Shown in pieces: positions 21,929-31,758 of a DNA stretch of 64,000 nt; position 1 is the stretch's first letter; each line of letters begins with the position of its first letter. Both the position numbers and the translations under genes were made by a program. Source of the DNA: Naegleria gruberi (Eukaryota); NCBI GenBank assembly GCA_000004985.1, contig GG738915.1. One strand, 5' to 3'. The notes beneath the pieces were generated by a model. It was not told where the DNA came from and ran no database searches. It saw only the letters and a list, made by a program, of their open reading frames with translations.

Positions 21929-22786
21929 TTATAAACACAATTGATTAGAAAGATGTCTCTTCAATTCACTATTATATCCAAATTGTGTCTTTCTTCTAAT
22001 ACCATACTCTTCAATTCGTTTCTTGAAAGATTCCAATAGACTTGGTACATATTTCTTACCCAACCATTCCTTCATATTGGAACAAACACCTGCCTTAACA
22101 TGAATTCCACTCTGTTGTTGACATAGTGAACTGCCAGCAAGAGATGGATATTCCATATTGACAAAATAAGTTGCCTGAATGTTTCCATTCTTTAAATCTT
22201 TGAGTATCCATTGACCACCATGTTTCTTGAAGGAGGATTCACAATTGATGAGACAGTTGGATGAGGATGAGTTGAATTGGATGTGTTCTGGACTAATGAC
22301 TTTGACTTGGAGTGTATATTCAACGGTGGAAAACATGAATGAACTCTTAAAAGTTACTGTATAGTCTTGTTTCGTCTCCTTTCTATGGACATTGGCTACA
22401 AAGTAACCATCCAAGAATTCAGGATATCTTTCAAAATCTGTGATAATGTCCAAACAATCTTTTAATGTCACATTTTCAAAAATGATGGATTGAGAAGTGG
22501 CATTGACAAGATCACATTCAATGAAATGACGCCATTCTTCACTGAATGAAGGAGCTGTACTGCATGAAGGCACAACAGCTTGAGGTTTCTCTGTTGTTGT
22601 CACTGGAATCAATTTACTGTCAATTGTCGATTCAACAATATCAATGAGTTGAGCTTGATTGCTGGCAGTTGACTGAAACAATGCTGGTGAAGAAGTAGTT
22701 TTACAACGATGAAAATGTTGCATTGCCTTTGGAGAATCAGCTTCAAACAAGTGGGGATGATGTGAGTGATTGATCAATGAAGACAT
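21929..22786 (-). CDS. Hypothetical protein with an SRPBCC (START/Bet v1/COQ10-like) lipid-binding-type domain, tentative
   Basis: 285-aa ORF. The central region (VTLKDCLDIITDFERYPEFLDGYF...YTVTFKSSFMFSTVEYTLQVKV...HGGQWILKDLKNGNIQATYFVNMEYPS) has the beta-grip pattern of polyketide-cyclase/COQ10-type domains. Identified from memory only. Confidence 0.4.
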   Translation of the reverse strand: MSSLINHSHHPHLFEADSPKAMQHFHRCKTTSSPALFQSTASNQAQLIDIVESTIDSKLIPVTTTEKPQAVVPSCSTAPSFSEEWRHFIECDLVNATSQSIIFENVTLKDCLDIITDFERYPEFLDGYFVANVHRKETKQDYTVTFKSSFMFSTVEYTLQVKVISPEHIQFNSSSSNCLINCESSFKKHGGQWILKDLKNGNIQATYFVNMEYPSLAGSSLCQQQSGIHVKAGVCSNMKEWLGKKYVPSLLESFKKRIEEYGIRRKTQFGYNSELKRHLSNQLCL

Positions 22787-23704
22787 TTTGTTTCGTTTAG
22801 TTTCTTGTATTGACGATAATGTGGATGCTCAATTTATAGTAATTGGAAAGCTCACTGTGATGTTGTAGTGCAATCCAAATAAGAGTTTTTTAATATGAGT
22901 TGTGTGTTTACAATGTAGATGATATGAAATCCAATCTTCTACTTTTCCAAATATATTAAATTATCTAATTTTATATAAAAGTATAACTGGATTATATTTT
23001 CTCTCACTTTTATAAACAATGTAACAGTTCTCTATCTAATTGAATCTATTAATTACTCTAGTCCAATTGAACAGAAAGTTTTCGTTTTGTTGATTTTTTC
23101 TGAAAAAGTTGCACAAGATCTAGAAGCACTGCAAACAAAGCAATGAAATTGTTGTATTAACTGTTTGGAAGAAGTATGAGTGCTGTGGTGATGGCGTTGA
23201 TGATCTTTTTTGATGAAATTCCAAAAGAGGACAAGATAAAAAGTTTGGTTGGATATCAAGTTGGAGCAATTTGCAATTTTGTTCTTCAGGAAGGTGTGAG
23301 AATAAGGAACATTTATGGTTTTCAGAGAATGGTAAGGTTTGGAGAATTGTGTAAATTTGCAAGAGTTTGAAAAAACTGTAAATTGGAGAAATTGTAGTGG
23401 AGGAGTTTTTGTAAAAGAAGAGAATATCGATATTGGTAACTAGTACAACTATTAGAAGAACAATACTTAGATTGGAGAGATGACAATGAATGCGATCAAT
23501 TTCATGATCATCTCAGTTTTGGTAGGTCCTATTGATTAAATGAGACGATAGGTTTGATAATGGTAAGTAAATTAAAGTGGAATACGCACTAATGTGTTGC
23601 AAAAAATCGACATTGGTTGACAAATTGACGGTTATAATAAGCGAGGGTGAAAAGGTATCTTTGTTTGTGATGATTGTTCGTGGGTGTAAAAATTCCTGCT
23701 TACT

Positions 23705-23775
23705 TGCGTCGACCGGGAATTGAACCCGGGTCACGGCGATGGCAACGCCGTATTCTACCACTAAACCATCGACGC
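23705..23775 (-). tRNA. tRNA-Gly (anticodon GCC)
   Basis: The reverse complement reads GCGTCGATGGTTTAGTGGTAGAATACGGCGTTGCCATCGCCGTGACCCGGGTTCAATTCCCGGTCGACGCA: acceptor GCGTCGA/TCGACGC, anticodon stem CGGCG/CGCCG with loop TTGCCAT, T-loop GGTTCAATTCC. Confidence 0.85.
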
Positions 23776-23877
23776 TTCTCATGTCCTTCTATAATAATAC
23801 ATAACTGAATATAAATGGTATTTGAGCTAGGTCAAATTTAATTTCTTGAAGAAATCCACAAACAAAAAATTTAAAAA

Positions 23878-24030
23878 TTGTTATGGCTCGCCACGTTTAC
23901 CGTCTCGGGAGGAATCGAACCTCCGTCAATGGATTCAAAGTCCACTATGCTACCATTACACCACGAGACGAGCACATTAACTGTTCAAAATCTTCGAATA
24001 TCATTGATTTTCAATGATAATCTTAGAAAA
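23878..24030 (-). repeat. Right arm of the inverted tRNA-Gln duplication
   Basis: ttatggctcgccacgtttacc ... cacgagacgagcacattaactgttcaaaatcttcgaatatca is the reverse complement of the 21700..21845 region with a few substitutions. Confidence 0.7.
23900..23970 (-). tRNA. tRNA-Gln (anticodon TTG), inverted duplicate of the copy at 21752..21822
   Basis: Exact reverse complement of the + strand tRNA-Gln, including shared flanks (ggtaaacgtggcgagccataa and the upstream aatgtgctcg). Confidence 0.85.
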
Positions 24031-25594
24031 CCTCCAATGTGCAAAATTTCTTATTAACCACATTTCCAATCAAACTCAAATTATACAACCAATATCGTTT
24101 TGTCCAAATATGCCCCTTCTCTTTTTTTTTACATCTTTCTAAGAAAGCTGCCTTAATAACCTAGAACTGCTTATTTGACCTCCAAATTTGAGCCACTGTA
24201 CATCTTTTACTGTATCGTAAGATAGTTTCCTTATTCGATAAGCTTCACAGGCCGAAATCAATAGACAATAAGCGTTCTTTCTTATTAAAAACAATACAAT
24301 TACTTTTTTTCAAACTGTAGATGAAGGCATTACAACAATTTATGGAGAATTTTGAATGAATTTATTCACAGCTGTAGTAGAATCTATCAGTAGGCATGTG
24401 GTTGTATTCGCATCCAATTTGGGACTCTTGCAGTTTTCAATATTGAACAAGATCCAATTTAAATTATTAAATGGTCGTGAGTCATCATACAAAGCACTCA
24501 TCCATGCAGTGTGAACATGAATTTTCACATCTTCAATATATTTGTTTCCAATATAAATATTTAATAGGAGATAGAATGTAGAGCGAATTAAACCAGTTGA
24601 GGCAGTGAATTGCATATGATAAATATCTGAATAATGATCCAATATTGGATTGATTAAATACTTTCTGAGGTTTGTTTATTTCCTCATTCGAATAAGTGAC
24701 TTGATTCGACGATAATGATCTGAATCATCGATTCTTTACAAAATATTAAATAATCCAAAACTAATAAATGAGTATTTAATCGCTACTACACTATTTCTCG
24801 AAACATTGATAGAGTTCCTTATAGGCCTTGTTGAAATATTTAGGCTTTCATATCCACAATATTGGTAATCGAATAACCTTCTCAAAATATTGAACAAACT
24901 TCATGGACACAATAAAAGTCATAATGACCTGTCAAGAAACTGCCAACTACAACATGTCAACCCAGCTTTCAAATTATGATAATGGTCGCCTCGTGTTCGC
25001 GCCATTAATTTTAATCATTTTCTGATAACATGCTCCAATTATTACAATACGGAAATTCCTCAATCATCATCATTCAGATTCAAATGACAAGAAGCGCACC
25101 AGCCATTTTCTTCCTCTCATCCATCATGCTCTTAAATTGGATGTTATTCTCTTTCCGTTTAATCGACAAACAAAAGAGAGAAAATCGCAAGAAGCGTTTT
25201 GTTTGTGCTAAGCAACGCGTTGTTGTGTAGGTGTGCACAAAGGTGGTAAGGCAAAAAACCTTTAAATTGGACGCTTCCCATTGCACCTGAGTCAATAGTC
25301 CACACAAAAAGAAAATTCCAATTCAATCACAAGCAAAAAGTGTAAAAAGAAAGAAGCACAGTCACCCTCTCTGATTCTATTCTTTTCCACACAACAAACA
25401 CCAATATATAATTTATATAGCCGAGCGAGTAATTCACAAATTTATTGATGATTGCATAATACATATTACCATTTCAACATCAATATTGAATTTCTACATA
25501 CATTTAGTCGAGTCCTATTATCTATTAACCTTTCGGAATCTTTGATCTCCAATTACTTACCTATTATTACTATTATTACTATCTTTGAGACAAT

Positions 25595-27265
25595 ATGTTC
25601 AACAATAATTCGAGTGTTTCCACAATGATGACCACAACCACAAGTAGTACTACCTCTACTACTACTACAAGAAAGCCTCCTGTTGGTAAACCAATTCTCT
25701 CCAATACTTCCCTTGCCTATACAAATGTTGAAGAATCTATTGATACGAGGACACCACCTTCTCTTGTATGTAACTCACCTTCTTCAGTGTTTCATCATCA
25801 TGGAGGAGCAAAGAGACAACCACACAGAGAAGCCTTGGCCAATATTACCAATTCTCATGAGGTTCAACATACCTCCTCTACAAATGATTTGAATAAGAGA
25901 GTAGCACAAGCCAATAATTATTCAAATCTGAAAGTGAATACTCATTCTAGTTCTACTTTCACTACATTATCCACTGCTAGTACTAATACTCAATGTTCTA
26001 AGAGTTTTTTGAATCCATACTCCTCTGCCAATGGTAAGACAAACGCAGCAGCAGTAGCAGTATCAGTACACTCAATGATTCATTCGAATAGTGCTAGCAA
26101 TAACACTCAACAATTTAACACTTCGAGCCAACACCATACCCAACAATATACAGAGGATCAACAAACATTCGAGCAACAAGTTGAATCCTCATCATCACCA
26201 CTCAGTTCTGAACAAGATCCAAATGCCTTTAATGAGTTCTCAATGGAGGCCTCTGATGAAAACTACTCTTCTGACGAAGAGATGGATGAATCAGAAGATG
26301 ATGGTGAACAACAAGCACCACCAATCGATCCAGATATCTTCAACTCTGTCGATAAGAACAGGCTTCAAGCTATTATGGATTTGAATATCAGAAATCCAGC
26401 TAACCTCCTTCCAAAAAGTTCTTTGAGAACTTTAACACAAACTCATCTTCCAATCGATGTGGAAGATGATATTCTTTCCTATTTATTCAACAATCAAAGT
26501 TACAAGCAAGTTTCTCCTCACGTTTGGCGAACAACTCAAAAGAATGTCAATGCCAAGATGCGTACCATGCTCGTCGAATGGATTGCAGGTGTTGCTGTAA
26601 GTTTCAAACTCTTACCTGAAACACTCTACCTTTCCATTGACATTTTAGATAGATTCTTGTGTAAAGTTTGTGTTAGCAACGTTAAACTTTTACAAGGATA
26701 TGGTTTGGCTTGTCTTTTCATTGCTGCCAAGTATTGTGAAACTGCTCCACCTCCACTCAGACAATTCTTATTTGCTGCTGATAATACTTATACAAGAGGA
26801 TTGATTTTGAGTTTGGAGAGTGAGATTTGCAATGCTTTAGACTTTGAGTTGTGTTCCATTCAATCCTTTGACTTTGTTGAAAAGTTTTTGGAACTCATTG
26901 GACATGTTAACAATGCCAGAATCAAATGTTTGGCCTATTATATCTGCGAATTGCAACTCCAAAACTTTGATGCCCTACAATACAACAAGAGTGGTATTGC
27001 CCTCTCTTCAGTAATTATTGCCTTGTATGTGACTGGTACTGCCTGTACATTGGAGGGCCTCGTTGCATGCTTGGGTGGTAATACTGATCTTGCCAATATC
27101 ACTTATATCAATAATTGTGTCATGGCTGTATACTGTTATTACGTTCAAATGTCAATGGGTGAAATCCAACACAATTTCATTAAGGACAAGTATGCCAGAC
27201 AATCATTTGGTGGTGTGTCCACCATTGGCTTTACCAGTCGAATTTCTCCAAGTATCAGCTTTTAA
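25595..27265 (+). CDS. Mitotic (A/B-type) cyclin with an N-terminal destruction box; paralog of the cyclin at 12745..14665
   Basis: Cyclin boxes MRTMLVEWIAGVAVSFKLLPETLYLSIDILDRFL...YGLACLFIAAKYCETAPPPLRQFLFAADNTY...DFELCSIQSFDFVEKFL...CLAYYICELQLQNFD, colinear with the first cyclin over ~250 aa. D-box REALANITN at 25826..25852. Ser/Thr-rich N-terminus. Confidence 0.7.
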   Translation: MFNNNSSVSTMMTTTTSSTTSTTTTRKPPVGKPILSNTSLAYTNVEESIDTRTPPSLVCNSPSSVFHHHGGAKRQPHREALANITNSHEVQHTSSTNDLNKRVAQANNYSNLKVNTHSSSTFTTLSTASTNTQCSKSFLNPYSSANGKTNAAAVAVSVHSMIHSNSASNNTQQFNTSSQHHTQQYTEDQQTFEQQVESSSSPLSSEQDPNAFNEFSMEASDENYSSDEEMDESEDDGEQQAPPIDPDIFNSVDKNRLQAIMDLNIRNPANLLPKSSLRTLTQTHLPIDVEDDILSYLFNNQSYKQVSPHVWRTTQKNVNAKMRTMLVEWIAGVAVSFKLLPETLYLSIDILDRFLCKVCVSNVKLLQGYGLACLFIAAKYCETAPPPLRQFLFAADNTYTRGLILSLESEICNALDFELCSIQSFDFVEKFLELIGHVNNARIKCLAYYICELQLQNFDALQYNKSGIALSSVIIALYVTGTACTLEGLVACLGGNTDLANITYINNCVMAVYCYYVQMSMGEIQHNFIKDKYARQSFGGVSTIGFTSRISPSISF

Positions 27266-27935
27266 AATAAAGAGCACTCACTGCAACAAAACAATTTTGA
27301 AAAACAAGTCAATTCTTTTATTCAAGTTGTATAATTGAAAATCTTTTCTGGACCTTCAACCACACAGTCGGTGGCAATCTCCAGTTATCTTAATACTGTT
27401 CACCAATTTGATTTCGATTAAAATGTCTCTCGAATAAAGGTGCAGAAATTGACTGAACAATTGAAGAGCCCGATAAGATTCCTTGTAATTAACAGAGATC
27501 ACCTGATCAATTCCCTCTAAGATTCTCAATACTTCTACCGTACGACCTTATAATGAGCTTAATGGGAGAAACAAGCCGACCGCCCGAGTTCGATTCAAAG
27601 ATTCATTTTATAATATAAATCAAACAGGATTGGTCGACCAAGTGAAATGTACTGCTCAATATAATTGAATCATATTAAGCCTCTAACCTCGAAGGCGAGA
27701 CATAGAGAGAGATAAGCTCGTCTAAGGGTTTTAAAATTTCCTTCAATGCAAACATTCATCAAGATACCGTCAGCCAAAATTCAAAACAAGTCATTGGGCA
27801 ATAAAATATCCGAAGATGAATCATCAACTTAGATTCTGGTTGCGTTTGGTAAAAAAGAACACACCATCCTAATAAGGCCGTTATACAACCCTCCTCATAT
27901 TAAAAGAAGGGATCCACATTTACCAACTGCCAAAC

Positions 27936-29885
27936 TTGCATAGTCGAGTTTTTGCTCAGTTAAAAAAAATGGGCAATTCTCGTAGTATTCTACCGCCCAC
28001 TTCCTCAAACAATTTACTTCCCAATATTAAGATTGGCAATAGCAATGCAGATTCATCCATTTCGAACTCAACAATAACCCATGATGAGGATAAGACGGAG
28101 GCTGGGTATCGACAGTCTATTTCCTCACTTCCCTTCTCATCAAAAAGGCCTTCAATACGGCCCACCCATTTGAAATCACCAAAGGGTTCAATTAGCTTTA
28201 CTCAAGGATTAACAAATAATACTCACAATAATACCAATCATCATCATAATTCAAAAAACATGCTTCCTCCCTTAGTAACAAACAAACCAAATAGCCTTTC
28301 CACTCCTCCTTCCCTTGATACTTTGTCAATAGACCAATCATCTTCCAACAACATATTGGGAATTAGACAAGTAATTAGCAATGATTCCTTTCAAACCATT
28401 TCCTCATCAACTTATTCATCCTCTCTCAGTAACAAAACACTCGAAAATAGCTCTATGAATAACACCTTACGAGTCAATGAAACATCATCGACACTTAATA
28501 CAAGAGCAACCTCTCCTATTCAGTTTGGTAGAAGAACATCTTCTACCCAGGCCTTAAACTCTCTCGCTAAATCACGAGGCAAAGGCTCTGCTGTATCACC
28601 TAAGAATATCAATACTCAACAACTTTCCTCATTGAGTAATAATAATAACACCACTAGTATCAAGAATAGAAGTAATGATTCTCCTGAAATTCCTTCATCC
28701 CCAACCAACAATAACAAAACCTCTTCCTTAACAGCTGGTGCTGCATCTTCCTGCCCTTCAAACTCACCAAACGCCAACAATAACAATATTATAGCCTCGA
28801 TTTCGAACTCTGAAAATTACGGGCCAAATTCATCTGCCCTATTCCTGGAACCTCTTCCAAATTTGAACAAATCAAATACCGATGCTTATGAATCAGAAGA
28901 TGAACCATCAACATTCATCATGCCAAATAAGCTAATTTCCACAGATAGTTTTAGTCTTATCAGTTCCCATAAACGAGTAGGAGCCAAGTTAATGTTTGAC
29001 AGAGATGCTGTGAATAATAGTAATGTAAGCAAGCTGGATGATTGTGATACAGGAAGTGAAATATCAAGGCAGGAGGATGAACAACCTCTCATTCTCACTT
29101 CGACCTTAGATGTAGATATGATGATGAACCAAAAGAAGTTGGCTTCCATTTCAACACCTCCTAGGGCTCAAACTTTGACGGCAACAATGGAATCACCAGA
29201 CATTTTCTTTGATACACCACCTCAGAGGGAGACTTCAATGAAGAATATTGCTAGTGCACCAAATTTGCTCTATGACTCTCTTTCTCGTAAAATGGATGAA
29301 AAGGAGAGATCACTGATTGATAGTCTGACCTTAGACAAATCTTCTACTATCAGTCCAAGTTCTAGTATTGATGTAAAGAAAACAAACAAAATGCGACGAA
29401 GTGTTGGTGATAGTGATGATATACTGGATGATATTTTGAGCGAAAAGCCAACATTAAAATCATTGAAAAAGTTAAAGAGTGAAAATTCGGTGAGAAGGAG
29501 AGCAACTAGTCTCAATAATTCAAAAGCAGGAAAAAAAAGCGCCGAGAAGAATTCAACCTACCTTAGAGAAAATGATGGAATTAGTACTAATATTATGGAT
29601 ATTCTGAAGGGATGCGAGGATTTGTTGGGAGATTTAGAACTTGAGCCAAAGTGTCCTTGTACTATTGAGATTACACAACCAGATGCAAATCCAGAGACGT
29701 CTCACTTGCTTCCTCTTCAAAATTCCAGACGATTCAATTTACTAACAGTTCCAGACCTCAAACAAGTGATGAGAGAAAGTAGGTCAGAACAAAAACAACA
29801 CGAAAGAAAACAAAAGAATGTGAAAAAGGAAGTAGCCAATATCATCAAAGATATCAGGTCTTCGTTTTCAGAATTTGATTTTTAA
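27936..29885 (+). CDS. Hypothetical Ser/Asn/Thr-rich low-complexity protein
   Basis: 649-aa uninterrupted ORF; no recognisable domain; many S/T/N runs. Confidence 0.4.
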   Translation: MHSRVFAQLKKMGNSRSILPPTSSNNLLPNIKIGNSNADSSISNSTITHDEDKTEAGYRQSISSLPFSSKRPSIRPTHLKSPKGSISFTQGLTNNTHNNTNHHHNSKNMLPPLVTNKPNSLSTPPSLDTLSIDQSSSNNILGIRQVISNDSFQTISSSTYSSSLSNKTLENSSMNNTLRVNETSSTLNTRATSPIQFGRRTSSTQALNSLAKSRGKGSAVSPKNINTQQLSSLSNNNNTTSIKNRSNDSPEIPSSPTNNNKTSSLTAGAASSCPSNSPNANNNNIIASISNSENYGPNSSALFLEPLPNLNKSNTDAYESEDEPSTFIMPNKLISTDSFSLISSHKRVGAKLMFDRDAVNNSNVSKLDDCDTGSEISRQEDEQPLILTSTLDVDMMMNQKKLASISTPPRAQTLTATMESPDIFFDTPPQRETSMKNIASAPNLLYDSLSRKMDEKERSLIDSLTLDKSSTISPSSSIDVKKTNKMRRSVGDSDDILDDILSEKPTLKSLKKLKSENSVRRRATSLNNSKAGKKSAEKNSTYLRENDGISTNIMDILKGCEDLLGDLELEPKCPCTIEITQPDANPETSHLLPLQNSRRFNLLTVPDLKQVMRESRSEQKQHERKQKNVKKEVANIIKDIRSSFSEFDF

Positions 29886-30041
29886 AATGTTTTATTAAAA
29901 TTAATTTATTATTGATTGCTAGATTTGTAATATGTACACAAAGAAATATTTCCATTGTTAACTAAGCTTGTTAATTAAGGGGAAAATGGGAATATCGAAA
30001 TAAAAATGCCACTCTATTCAATTTTACCAGAAAATAATTTA

Positions 30042-31301
30042 TTAGAAAAAGCAGAGCTCAGATTCGTCAGCAGAGAATGCATTTTGGTTGAACAAGTCAA
30101 TTTCAAAGTCATGAGGTGGATTGTTACAGTCAGTAGATTTGGAAGGAGCAAAATTGCCACAACAGTCAGAAAGTTTAAAATCTTCTTCTGACAAAAATTC
30201 TTCATTACCAAAAAGGGTATCGAATTGATCATTATTATTGGTATTATGATGGGCACAATTTGGACAGTTGTCATCTGTGAGCCAATACATGCAATCACAA
30301 GCCTCCTCCACGAATGGATCACTGAATACAGATGAGGCAGGTTCTGTTTGATTTGCAATATCTTGTGGAATGTCTAAGAGTGAAACGACAGTCTTATTGT
30401 ATGCTTCTAATTGCTCTTCAGGAGAAAGGGCCTTGAATATATGGAGGAGATTTTGCAATTCCTTTTCATAGGTTTGGAGTAAATCTTCTTGATCATTGGA
30501 AGTATTGTCGAGTTTAACTTTCTTTAAACTCATAATTGGTTGTTCACATTCTTGATTGGATGTGGACAAGAGGTGTTGTTTCATTTCCATATATTGTCGT
30601 TTTTTTCTGACTTCTTCGTCTCTTTGTTCTGTAGTCCTTCTTCCATATATCTGAAAAGCAGCACTTACCATACACAAGAGAGGAGTCTTACCTGAATATC
30701 CTTCTAGACTGTATAAACTGACTTTGAAATTAACAAATTCCTTTTGATGATGGTAGGCAACTTCACTGAATTGAAACTTGGAAGTACAACTCAATGTTCT
30801 ACTCTTACCTGTACAGATTTCAGAATCGGAAAGATCTTTTTCATCTTTACGATTCAATCTCTTCTTTGCTATTATTGGCTTTCTCTTCTTCTCTTCAAGG
30901 GATAGGTGAGTTACTCCTTTAAGGAGTTCCTTTTTCTTACCTGATTGTTCACCATTCTTAGATCCCAATAATGAGCTGCCTTGAGAATCAATAATATCAA
31001 TGTCTGCCAATAAGATTTGGCTTTCTGAAAAGGAGGAATTGCCACAAGTTTCTACGTCAATTTTGAACTTGTACTTCAAACTACTGTATAGTTTTTCAGG
31101 CACAAAGTCAATATCAGGGTCAGTTCGACTGGAAATAAGAAACGTTACCTTTGCAATGTTTAATAACATGTCATTCTTGATAGCTTGCTCATCCATATGG
31201 ATCATTTGCCACTCGCGATCCATAGACTCGTTAGCCAACATCATCGAAGAACATGTTACAGAGGAGCTTGTTGATGAACAAGAGGATAATGGGGATTCCA
31301 T
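30042..31301 (-). CDS. Hypothetical protein with a C-terminal Cys/His-rich region
   Basis: ORF open 30042..31580. Proposed start is Met 31301 (MESPLSSCSSTSSS..., A at -3), because the upstream in-frame part (31302..31580) is Phe-rich and junk-like. The C-terminus has CDCMYWLTDDNCPNCAHH, possibly a small zinc-binding module. Confidence 0.4.
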   Translation of the reverse strand: MESPLSSCSSTSSSVTCSSMMLANESMDREWQMIHMDEQAIKNDMLLNIAKVTFLISSRTDPDIDFVPEKLYSSLKYKFKIDVETCGNSSFSESQILLADIDIIDSQGSSLLGSKNGEQSGKKKELLKGVTHLSLEEKKRKPIIAKKRLNRKDEKDLSDSEICTGKSRTLSCTSKFQFSEVAYHHQKEFVNFKVSLYSLEGYSGKTPLLCMVSAAFQIYGRRTTEQRDEEVRKKRQYMEMKQHLLSTSNQECEQPIMSLKKVKLDNTSNDQEDLLQTYEKELQNLLHIFKALSPEEQLEAYNKTVVSLLDIPQDIANQTEPASSVFSDPFVEEACDCMYWLTDDNCPNCAHHNTNNNDQFDTLFGNEEFLSEEDFKLSDCCGNFAPSKSTDCNNPPHDFEIDLFNQNAFSADESELCFF

Positions 31302-31758
31302 TTTGTAAGCTTGACTGAATACGCAGATGTGGAAGTTTAACGGTTTGTATTCGTTAGGGTGCGAGAGGTTGTATCTAGGTCTCGCGTTATTTTTTTGATT
31401 TATTTTTAATCGCAAAGTGTTTTTGAATCTTGCTTTTAGCAAGCGAAAACAAGGTGAAGCAAAAAATTGGGTTTTGGTTGAATCTTTTTTTGGCGCCAAA
31501 AATAAAGTGTTACAATGAAAACATGGGAAATCTTGAGTATTGAAAAGGAAAATAGTCCTTTTTGTTGGAAAGGACAACAATATCTAATCTCAATAACTGC
31601 AAGAAACATTTTCTTATGATCTTATTTGGTCAATTTCTTTTTATTAATTGTAAAATCCATTGAAACTCTTCTTAGTTTGATTTGACGTGTTTATTGTAAA
31701 CCAAGTTCACAATCTCCATCACCAAATGACAATCTTTTAATAGACTTCATCAAAAAAA

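Noticed and set aside
23513-23782. 89-aa ORF on the minus strand
   Set aside because: It spans the tRNA-Gly(GCC) gene. The peptide is low-complexity and the locus is explained by the tRNA.
31302-31580. N-terminal 93 codons of ORF 30042..31580
   Set aside because: Phe/Leu/Asn-rich junk-like translation upstream of a well-contexted Met (MESPLSS). Treated as 5' leader rather than coding.
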